NCBI GenBank assembly: GCA_963924565.1
Contig: OZ004614.1
Location: forward strand, 23,188,001 to 23,252,000
Source: Ascidiella aspersa
Lineage: Eukaryota
Reading direction: 5' to 3'
Length of the DNA stretch: 64,000 nt
Shown here piece by piece: positions 51,977-63,007 of the stretch; position 1 is the stretch's first letter; every line of letters begins with the position of its first letter. Under the pieces are notes generated by a model, which was not told where the DNA came from, searched no databases, and saw only the letters and a program-made list of their open reading frames with translations. The position numbers and the translations under genes were made by a program.

Positions 51977-52699
51977 TTGTGCTAATTTACCTGGTTTGAA
52001 TTTGTTTTAGCAAAAATCGACAATTATGTTAAACGTAGACTATTGGGCGACAAAGTTAAGATCATTATTCGTATAATAAGCCAATTTATTTTAATTTTTT
52101 TTATCAAAGTCTACAATTGCGTAAAACTTGTACTATTCAGCGACGAGTGAGTCATATAAGTTTCAATCGCTATTGAAAAATGGCGCTTTTATCAAACGTT
52201 TAGCATTATAATTTAAATAGATAACCCACAAACCCGCAACTTAACACCAAACCTATAATCACTGACCAGGCTGGCAAAATATGTCAGCCATCTTAAGGTA
52301 CATTTGGCACAAATTCTTCGTTTTTTGTCTCGTGCCTAATGTTAAAGTTGTGTTTGCCTAACGATTGTATAAACGTGCCATGGTTAGGTGATAATCAAGG
52401 CATTTACCAAGGAAATGGGATTGAACAGAAAAAAAAAAAAAAAAAAAAAAATTAAAATGTTTTTTTTGTACCAATTTCTATTATTTTCTGGCTGATTGTT
52501 CGGCCGACATAGTCGCCAAGTCGCCAGCATTCTGCCATGCTGCCACTGACTATGCAATGCTAGCTAACCCCAACCCCTTACTCTACAAAATCAACAAATG
52601 AATTTGCTGTTGCTGCCAGGCATTGTTAAATGGTACACTTATTTTTCCGACAAAAAAAATGTTTGAAAACCATTGAAAACAAACACATATACGCCATAC

Positions 52700-52890
52700 C
52701 TGGGCTAGAGCTGTCCGACTCTGTGTTTTGGATCCTATTTGAGACGTTGCTATCCATGGACCGTCTCTTCGTAGCGCTGCCACTCGCCAGTCCCGAGTCT
52801 GTGCTGTCGCTTCGAGTGTCCGGGTTCGAATCCCGTTGAAGGCGCGAAGACGCGACCTTGGCTTTTGCGCTTTCTGCGTCGCCCAGAGAC
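52700..52890 (-). CDS. Host gene, coding exon 2 (SLGDAESAKAK...DSTDSGLASGS...ESDSSSP)
   Basis: Acceptor ctatacgtaacgcag|G and donor CCAG|GTATGG. 191 nt, open, phase 2 in and phase 1 out, matching both neighbouring exons. Confidence 0.8.
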
Positions 52891-53691
52891 CTGCGTTACG
52901 TATAGAAAGTTCGAGAAGTCGTTAAAAATGAAGTTGACACACAGCTAGCGTATCCGAGCTGATACATGTAATTTGCACTTCATTCTGATACTGTTTAGAT
53001 ATTTCTTCATTTGACTGACTTATTTGACTGATGTTATGAAAGAATGTTTTTTTTTTAATTATTATTGTCGTCATTTTTAAGTGGCATCATTATTCTCATT
53101 TTTTTAGGGAATATATTCATTTAGTTTAGGTTAAACATTCTAGGATTTCATTTCACTGAGAAATAAAAATCTGTCGAAAAAATCAGAAAATATATTGGTT
53201 ATATTGGTTACAATATATTTAATCTATGTTGGAAAATTTTCTGACGAATATTTGCTCTCATTTGAAAGCATGGTGATCTTATACTTGCAAGACGATTTCG
53301 TTTTATGAGCTTTTTAAAAAAAAGATTTAATTAAAGGTAAAATCAGTAAGAATATCAAAGCCCATACAGAAGTAGGCATTGTTTTGAACATTTTGAAGAA
53401 CTCTTTATTCCTTTCCAACATACTTTGATACTCTAACTACGTCTTACTACAACTTCGAACAATAACTATGCTCCAACTAGAAATTAATAATAAAAAATAG
53501 TTCAAAAACGCTTATGGTTTCAACAGGTTACTTTAAGAAACTAAAATAACTAGTTAAAAATGTCAATGGTGTCATCGTTTCAGCAGACAGATTTAAACAG
53601 TAAATATGCTGTTGCTACCAGGCATCGTATATTAAAAAAATAGATTAATATTAAAATTATAACTGCTCAAAAAAACGAACATAGCTCTTAC

Positions 53692-53837
53692 TTTGTCTTT
53701 GTCTTTGCCAGTACGAACTGGTCGCGCCTGGAGTCGTCGGCGCCAGTGGAACCTTGGCCCCGGCGCCCTGTTCCGCACTCGGCCGGCGTCGATTGTCCCC
53801 GCTCAAAGGTGGAAGGGGGCGTTTTCCGGCCGCTCAT
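53692..53837 (-). CDS. Host gene, first coding exon (MSGRKTPPSTFERGQ...FVLAKTKT, phase-2 end)
   Basis: GC-rich island. ATG at 53837 with an in-frame upstream TGA (53861-53859). Donor AA|GTAAGA at 53691. AA+G forms Lys with the next exon. Confidence 0.75.
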
Positions 53838-56800
53838 CGCGGAACACGGGCTCGTTCCTCAATTTCCACGCCTAAGCAAATAATCCGAAGCGGTAGAACG
53901 CGTCGTTTCGCCTTCTCTCTCTTTTTTTCGTTTCCCGCCAAATTGCAATAATCCGTAGCGGCAGCGCCAAAAGCGAAAAGAGCCAACAGATCGATTTTTT
54001 TGTTGCAGTGTTTCCTGTACAGCTATAAAGATAGGTCTAGCACTGTTAAGAAATTTTGGTTTCACAAAATCAAATCAGATGTAAATAGCTTTTAAATTGA
54101 AATCGCTAACATATAACTCTCTTCCGAGAAAATCTGAAGTTCAAACTTGTTAACCAATAGCAGAGTTGTAATGATGCCAATGACTTTGACTCAAGTCCAC
54201 TTAAGTCAGAGTGTTGAAATAACTTGACTCGATAAGATAAATGAAGTAATTAAATATAGTTAGCTTAAAAGTATATATATATATACTGTTCCTCTATTTT
54301 AATTAATCTTTCTGGCATCTAACGTAGAGTTGTCTAATTTGAAATCTTTTTTTTAATTATATTACATGAAACAGGCCTTTTAACACAAAGGCAAATTTCG
54401 CCCTAATACCCTGGAATCATTACCATTGCAATTACGGATTTTTATCAATCAGTTCAGGTTCACCAAATAACGACGTCACCTGGTATAATTATCAGGTAAC
54501 GTAAAAATACCTAACTAACAAACTTTTACGTAAAAGTGACTGTTAAATATCACATCAGGAATAATACACGTATTGGAAATCCCTACTTCTAACTACAGGA
54601 ATGCCTGTGATTTTGAAGGCCTCTGAAGCTATTACGCGGTAATGAAAGTCTGTTTAGCACCTATACACTCAGGAGACAGCTACATAACACCAAGCCGCCC
54701 GTAATCTCGTTTCATGGTTCTTCATCAAAGGATTCGCTGAGAATTTTCTCCCGACAGCTAATGTCGCCTCGCATTTTCTCCCGATACAAACCGAAGATTG
54801 CGGCTTGAATGACTGAAATTTCATTGAAGCTGTTCTAATGTGAATTGCCAGTTATACCAGCCACTTTTTTCGTTGCATGTCGGTTGGCTTGAACGAATTT
54901 TTTTTAAGCATTTCCAAAGAAAAACTAGAACTATAAAACCTTTAATCAACAGATTCGGTTAAGTTCGCTATGGCTTTCTATGTACTATAACACGTAAGTC
55001 GTTAGCGTTGGTCAAAAAGCCTTCAGAAGGACTAGGTCACAGTTGTTAAACACATATGTGTAAGCATTGTTCATACCTTTGATCAATTCACATTCAAATT
55101 AGATAACATCGTATCATTTATCATAGAAATGTTAATGGCAAAAGCAAATATACGTTAATATCGACATTTCTGCGCCTGTTCAATTAATTTGCATGACTAA
55201 ATACTTTATTCCGATTAACAAACTTGGAAAACGCTGTTATAGGTAAAGTAGGATTTCCGGTTAAATCCAAACTTAGATGAGAACCTAAATAACTATAGAA
55301 CACAAAAACCATTAGCAAATAGTTTAGAATTCAATTGAGCAGCATTTTTTTCTAATTTGTACAACTATTTGACAGCTGGAACTATCTATTTTTTTTTAAG
55401 TCTGCGTGTTGGACTAAGAATGACAGCCGGAACTAATTTATTAACATGAAGGCATTTCGCCGGGGGTGCTGAAATCTGATAAAAACGACGGTTTAAAGAT
55501 AAATCTCGTTCAGATGTGAATTTTTAATACATCTTGCTTGCCTGACATGCTGTTCGCTCATTAGAGACTGTGCGATGTTTGGATAGCAATCTACTCTATA
55601 CAAGGTGATCCGAAAATAAACGCCTGCAGTTAACCTTAGGCTCTTTGCAAATGTTCAAGACAATCAAGGTGCCAGCTATAAGGTTGTCCGATACTTGAGA
55701 TTATATTCCGATACCGATACCCGATATTTTGGACCAAAGCGTCGCGATCCGATCCGAATGACGTCATTGCTATGCTTCAACAAGCAAAATAGGTAAAATT
55801 GCGACATTTAAAGCTTTTCAGGTTGTTAACTTTGCTTGATTAAAGTACTTTGTACAGATGAGTTGACCTGGACTTCCAATTTGGGAAATGACTTTTAAAA
55901 AATGTAAAAATTATGCGTCTTAACTGAAAATAATTTGGGTAAAATTACGTTAGTTATTTTTTTTTGCACTAAGCAGTTTGCTTGTTCTTAGGTTATTGGT
56001 AGAGATGAAAAAATGTAATCAAATTTTTTTAGTTTAAATCAATTAAATGCGATGTAAGTGACAAGTGACTTGACTTGGAGTCGACTTGCTTCAAAATGAC
56101 TTGCACTGGGACTTGACTTGTTATTCGTTAAGGATGACTTGACTTGGACTTATTTTACAATTGACTTGACTGGGACTCAAGTCATTCAAAATGACTTGTT
56201 AACAAAGTTGATGCAGACTATAGTATAGAGGCTTATGTCAGAAACCTGGTAACAGCAGTATGATTACAGCACATGACGTATGCGGGATTCCAGCGATAGC
56301 TTGATGCGAATCTAATCCAGCTCTGCCTTTAGCACTCGGGAGAATGTTACCATCAGGTAGCAGCGGATAGAGAGATCAAGGCTTTTTCTGGAAGCTAAAT
56401 CGCCATCTAATTGTTGTGAACACCGGCGCTTCGCATGTAATAAGGCCCGGCCGTAAGATTATGTTTGGTCAGCCGGCGAAAATCAACAACTTGACCACAG
56501 ACGAAAAAAGGCCATTTTACAGTTCACTGGAGCGGCGTGACCTTTAAGTATTTGTCATGCTTTTATCTAAGGTTTTAGTAAACATGGATGTTATGAGGAC
56601 GGGTTGTAAAAGTTCTAAATGAATTACAAACTTTAGAAATAAATGTGGTTTAAAAAAGCATCTGCAGAAGGGCTAGATCACAGTTGTTTGAACACTTATG
56701 CGTGTGTATCTTTCATTATATGTGGATTATTTGAAATAATAATATATCTAACCAGGACAAACCAGCACATACACTTCCCATACATTTTGGTGGATTCTTT

Positions 56801-57803
56801 CAGTGTTGTTAAAAAGTCATTTTGAAGTCCAATTTAAGTAATTGGTAAAAGAACTTAAGTCCAAGTCAAGTCATTTTTAACAGAACTTAAATACAAGTCA
56901 AAACAGTTTGATAAATAACAAGCCAAGCCCGACTCGCCAAATCATAATTAGAGCAAGTCAATTTGAAATCCAGTCCTTGTCATAAAAATGAAACGTTATT
57001 TTAACGCTAAACTATCAAATTTGGTAAACTATAGTTAGATTATGGGTAATAGCTGTGATTAAAAAAAATAACACAATGCAACATAGAAATCTAATCGTTT
57101 CACGTGCAAAACTTGAGTTAAAAAAAAACAATTGTATTAGTAAAAATGTTTAATGAAGACTGCATTTTAAACCAAGTCATTTGTCCAAAATACTTGTCAT
57201 TTTAAAGCAGTGAATTAAGTGCACAATCAAGTGATTGACTTTAGCCGAAAAAAAGATAAAAAACATACCGGAAAAATATTCAGTGTTGTAACGACTGTTA
57301 ATTAATGTTTTTTACATCTTATTTCGGTCGAGGCATTTTGAAAGATAGCTAATTCTGCAAGTGCCCAAATTGCGAAAATGGTCCGACAAGATCACTCAAT
57401 GTATAAACACCGCAGTGGACAGTAGCTGGGTCGAGCCCGTCCTGCCTAATCCACCTGATCTGGTTGTTTCAGGTTGTCGACTCCGATCCGTTACAGTTGC
57501 AACAAAAACAACGCGAACAGCGGATAAAGATCCAATCTAGCTCTGTGGTTCCCATGAGGCCACAAGCGCGTAATTAGCAAGACGATGAGATTGACCTCCA
57601 CGCTAACTCCCTTTACGCCAGACTGGGCGCATCTCTATCATTTGGCCATCAGCGCTCGGCACTTTTTTGAAGTTTGACCGGGCGGTCAAGTTTTGCGTGA
57701 AGTGGCTGACCGTGTAAGGGTCAAACGGGGTTAAACGGCCGATCGTCGGGGCAAATTGGACACGTGTTGGACAGGAGATTTGACAGGCGGCTGTCACCCT
57801 GCG

Positions 57804-58099
57804 ACAGGTTGTTTGAGCTCAATTTAATTGACCTTTGCCGCCTTTGTGCTGAGGAATGCGCCTACCGTCAAACCGTTGTAAAATCACTAATTTAGAGATA
57901 AAAAAATACATTCTACGCAGGAATTATACGCATGGAGAAGCTGTTTAAACCACTAAACTAGCGGAAAAATGCATTTGACAGAAACCAATTATAGCAATAA
58001 AACTGCAATAAATCTGGATTAAAAGCAAAAAATAATTACAGGTTGTTTGAGCTCAATTTAATTGACCTTTGCCGCCTTTTTGCTGAGGAATGCGCCTAC
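57804..58099. repeat. 62-bp direct repeat (57804-57865 and 58038-58099) around a 172-bp spacer
   Basis: ACAGGTTGTTTGAGCTCAATTTAATTGACC...GAATGCGCCTAC occurs twice with one mismatch. Confidence 0.9.
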
Positions 58100-61000
58100 A
58101 GTTACTGTTTTTCTCGTGTTGCTTTAAAACAGATGCAAGCCGAACATACACATAATTATGTTAACGATTACCTTGAGCTATTTATTAATGCTTCAACAGA
58201 TAATTCAACCTTAAAATAAAAGTGTTTTTGTCCTTTATCGCTAATTTGACACATTTAAAGTGCTAACTCGTACATATAGACAGTTTTGAAACTGGTATGA
58301 GCAATCTTTTCTCATTACTATAAGTAAACTATACTGTTGTGATTTTGATGTTGAAAACATTTTTCATCAACAGATCACACTCACACTATAGTTTGAGGCT
58401 TATAACGTAAGTGAAACAAAATGCAAAAGATTTAATTGCAGTAGCAAGACAGTAAAAACACCTTCTAGACATCTCATCAAAACATCCTTTCAGGCTATAC
58501 AGTCGTAAATTATTTAAGCACATATAGAGTCACATAGTGATTTCACTGCACTATAGTGTTGTTTGATAATTCTTTTGAAAACAAACTATATCGTGCATCA
58601 CTCAGAATAACAAACACTTTTAGTGCAATACCATAAAAGCGACGTACTACAATCTAACATAAAATCAATCTTTCTAGCAGAACTCGAGACGCGCTGGTCC
58701 AAATACCTTGGCATCGATTGCAAAAACGACCTTGACTGACGTTTGCCTTGCATTGCTGAACCTTTTCGGGTACAGAAAAATGTCATGTGCTCTTAAACTC
58801 TTCAGCGCCGATTCTAAATCTGTCCAAAGCGGACTGCAACTCCTTCAAATCGTTGTTGTTGTTTTTATTCGAATGATTTCCATGCCGTAACAATGCGCGT
58901 ATGACGTCACGCAAGTGATTGACTCAAACGGAAAGGTATTTCGAAAACGCTGAGCTTTGAGCCTTGCCAAAAGTTTTATGCTTTTGATTGCGCCAAAATC
59001 TGGATTAAAACAGTTTAAGGCGGTTCTAACAAGGATTTGTTGCAAATTCCGTTAATTCCCCATAAGTTTTTTTAATATTCAAAAATCGACAAAAGATCGA
59101 AGCTTATATATATAGCCTTGCCAAAATTTTTAAACTTATTTGCTTCTAAATTGCGCCGAATTCTGGATTAAACCAGTTTAAGGCGGTTACCAATTTTCGA
59201 TGAAAGATCCGGTAAATTCCAATTAAAATTAGGATTCTTCAAAAAATCGAAAATCGCTCGTGTGAAGCATGTTTATTTGGACCAGCGACAAAACAAATCC
59301 TCTCTCGTTAATCCGGACAACAGTGGCGTTTGTTTTTGCAATACACGCGCAAATAAGTTGCGGCCTTAGGCCACGTAATTATTCGGTTGATAAATCGGCA
59401 TTTAAAAGACTTGACTGATTGCTTGGCGGTTGAAAATTGCGACTAGGCGTTACATAACGTTAAGCTTGTTTTGCAAAGCTGTGTTTTGCAACTTTCTTAC
59501 CTTGAAAATCTAATACACTAGTAGTCAAAAAAACAAGGTTTTCGTAGCCGTGTAAATAACAATCCCGGACTTATAAGTATAATTTTCAAGAAAATTTTCT
59601 GTATATTACGTAACTTTGTCACACAAAAAACTATAAAGTTTTCGTGGGAATTCCAATCAAAATATATATGGAAGAATATTAATTCACCAGAAACTGATAA
59701 TGACAAGATTTTTTAATCATATTTTTCTTTATTTTTATTGGCGTATGTGGGACTTAGGGCATAACGCACGACGAAAGGAATCAATCGACATAACTCGCTT
59801 AATTATCAAGACAGAAGCCAAGCTCTTTTTACAGCTCACTGAATAATTTGCTGACTTTTAGTTTGTAACCAAACACCGCTTTCTGGCAACTCAACGGCTC
59901 GCCTTACTAAGTATTACAACAGGTGAATCACTGCATTTTTGTACCACAAAAACTAAATGTTTATATGGCATGTAAAGCAGAAAGTTTTTTTAATATTTGA
60001 TTATAGTCGTAATAAGAATATCAAAGCCCATACAGAAGTAGGTGTCATTTTGGACGTTTCGAATAACTCTTTATTCATTGAAAATGACTACAACCTCCAA
60101 CCATTATGCTCCAATGATTATAGTCTATGTCTAATTACTAAATATATTCGAGTGTACAGCTCTATAAACTGACATGTCATCGACATACAACGCCATCGGC
60201 ATACAACACTGTTTATGGTAGTACTAAACTCTAAACTTTGCGCAAATTTTTGTCTCTCATGGTCTGTAATCAAGCAGAAAGTTGTTTTATTGAATGGCAT
60301 TTTGTGGCAACAAAGCAACAAAAGGGCAACAAAGCTGCTTTACTGCCTGAAAAATCGACATTTACCACTCAAAATCACTGTATAGAATGAATATCAAAGC
60401 CCAATAGGAAGAAGATATAATTTTGAATAATTCACTTTCAATATAGTTAGTATAGGCATTGATTCTAAGTACAAAATACTGCTATAAAGACTTTTTCCAC
60501 ACGTTCGAAATGCTACCTATACTTCAATATGGGCCTCGATATTCTTACTACGTCACTACAACCTCCAACTATTATGCTCCAAAGAAAAGTATAATTTTAA
60601 TATAAAGTATATAGGTTATAAAGTTATGCACTCCGATCAACTAGCAATTTAAGCAACACTTTAAAAGGTCCAGTAACGTGCATTTAAGCAAATATTTTTA
60701 TCAACACGCTGTCTTGGAGTCTCATTGCCAACAAAACTGCTCAAATCTTAGTTACTTCTTTGGGTAAAAAGTATAGTAATACCCTTTTTTTGCCAACTGT
60801 GAGTTTTCGCGGGTTTTTTTACGAGGCCTGCTGTTTTCCAGCACTCTCACTTTCGGCCGGGAACCGAATAGCGCCACACTTTCCAGTTGTTCGCGCGTTA
60901 CAGATTTAAGAGGTGGCCTTACATAACGATTTCAAAAATCGCAGGGATTTCGTTTTAAAACAGTACATTTGGGGCGTACTACAGTGTCCTTCGACAGCAC

Positions 61001-61559
61001 TTTACGCTGGGCCGCACGCTCAATACTGAGAAGTTGCAATTTGACTTGCAACAAAATGTACAACTTGTTTTTTGGAACATACTGTCAAATTTATGTTGAG
61101 TGATTCCGCATGAATTAACTTATTCCTGTAACCGAAACCGAATAACGGCAATTTTGTAAACAAAAATCCTGGACCTGTCCCTGAACGGGTACTCAAAGTT
61201 ATATCTGCAACTCAGCTGAGTTTTAGCGATAACTTGATTAAACAGCAAGACAGGCAGGCAAGCGTAACTGCTGCGCGTTGCTGCAGATAAACTGTCGCAA
61301 TGCATGCTTCTCAGGGTCAAAAGATGTTTAATAACGTAAAAAAACGAGTTTTATTCAGAATTTTTTCCACCAAAAAAAGCGTGGCTGGTTTTCCCGAACA
61401 TGCGAGACGTGTTTGTTTTTTCAAGGACAAACCGTTTCAATTTGCAGTCTTGTGGTGGGTAATTTACTGCGAAGTACTGTAAGTGGCAGTTTGCCCGACG
61501 ATGGCGTTTGGCAAACGAAGAGTTTCACACGATCACCAGATACATATGCATTCGTTCTA

Positions 61560-61884
61560 TAGGGATCGACCATCGATACCCGATTTTTTAGATACCTACG
61601 AAATGTTCGAAATTTGAATTAATTGAAAATAAAATCCGGATAAAGTTTTAGTTTATATAACTTTATTTTATTAAACTATTATTTTGCATATTAGCTTGGC
61701 TTGATGCTAAAACCCAATTTTTTTTTATTAAAAAAGGGTAAGTTGTTTGTTGTACAGGAAATTATATCATATTTTCGTACTAAAATATTGTCCGTATCGG
61801 TCTACATTTACCGATACCGATAAATCGGTAGAAGGCAAATATCGGCCGATATTATCGGTAAACCGATATATCGGTCTATCTCTA
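61560..61884. mobile_element. hAT-like MITE with TAG(G/A)GAT termini and CCGAT/ATCGG subterminal repeats
   Basis: Ends TAGGGATCGACC / GGTCTATCTCTA, flanked by the direct repeat ATTCGTTCTA. A related degenerate copy lies at ~30135-30448. Confidence 0.7.
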
Positions 61885-62838
61885 ATTCGTTCTAGCGCGT
61901 AGATCGCCAATGTTGCCCAACTGTAGCCTCTCGTAGATAAGCAAACCAAAGATGTCCCATACTATAGGTATATTACTTCGATAGCCATACCCGATAGTTT
62001 AGGCAAGAGTACCGCTATCAGATCGACACCGAATGGACGTTAATACGTTTTGCTACAGTCTAAGAAGTAACGAACAAAGGTATTTCGTTGCAGGGTGTTA
62101 AACCAAAGGTACTTTACGTTAAGAAACCTGGAATGTTAATTGATTGTTAGGAAAATTGGATTGCAAATGTGTCAAAACGTTAAAAGTAATTTGCTCTAGG
62201 TTAATAAACCCTAATTGACTTTATCGTTAAGAAGCCTTGATTGTTAACTATTTTATTGGGGAAAAGCACCTTATAAGGTATTACGTTGTATCGCAAATGT
62301 TATAAAACGTTTAAACGTATTCTATTTCGAGTTATTAAACCAAAATTTGCTTGAGCGAACCTCTAATGGTTAACCTATTAAATAACCTAACAAAATAAAA
62401 TCAAAAACGCGTACATAAATTTGCTATCCAATTAGCACTTATATCATTCTATAGTGTTGGACAAGTAGCAATACCACAACTTGGCATCGAGGATCGGATC
62501 CGATAATATCGGAAATTCCTATCAGATACTCAAACTTGATTTATATTTGCTTGACCTTTGCTTTGTTTTTTTACCCGGGGGCGGTAGCGGCTTCTGAATA
62601 TATTCATGTGTGTTGGAGTTATCTGCCAATGCTTTGAGTGTGTGAGCGATAAAAAAAACACTTTTGCTCTTTGCATAAAATGGCGACTGTTCGAGATTTA
62701 ATTCTCTGTGGGACTTTATTATTACCCCGTTCTTTTTCTAGTTTGTTAAAGAAGGGCGTATCTTTATGGAATCCAAAACCATTGGCAGCAGGTTTCTGCT
62801 TGTCGATTACTGTTCCGCTGACGCGTATATTAGCAATG

Positions 62839-63007
62839 AAAATCAAAGTTTAAAAATCAGAGTAAAACCAGGATCAGACATTTTTTTAAAAAGGAATATA
62901 TATTTCGCCTATACTGGCATCGTCAGTCCCTTATAGGCGAAATATATATTCTTTTTTTAAAAAATGCCTGATCCTGATTTTACTCTGGTTTTTAAACTTT
63001 GAGTTTT
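62839..63007. repeat. Inverted repeat, ~75-bp arms with an 18-nt spacer, centred on hammerhead H4
   Basis: 62839-62913 is the reverse complement of 62932-63007 with a few mismatches. Confidence 0.9.
62891..62932 (-). ncRNA. Minimal type I hammerhead ribozyme motif, core intact (family H4)
   Basis: AAGGGA CTGACGA T GCC AGTATA GGC GAAA TATATA TTCCTT. Stem I is 6 bp (one G-U), stem II is 3 bp, stem III is palindromic, cleavage triplet AUA. Confidence 0.8.

Noticed and set aside
62839-63007. pre-miRNA interpretation of the long hairpin
   Set aside because: Arms are longer and more AT-rich than typical, and the spacer holds a hammerhead core; an inverted retroelement end explains it better.
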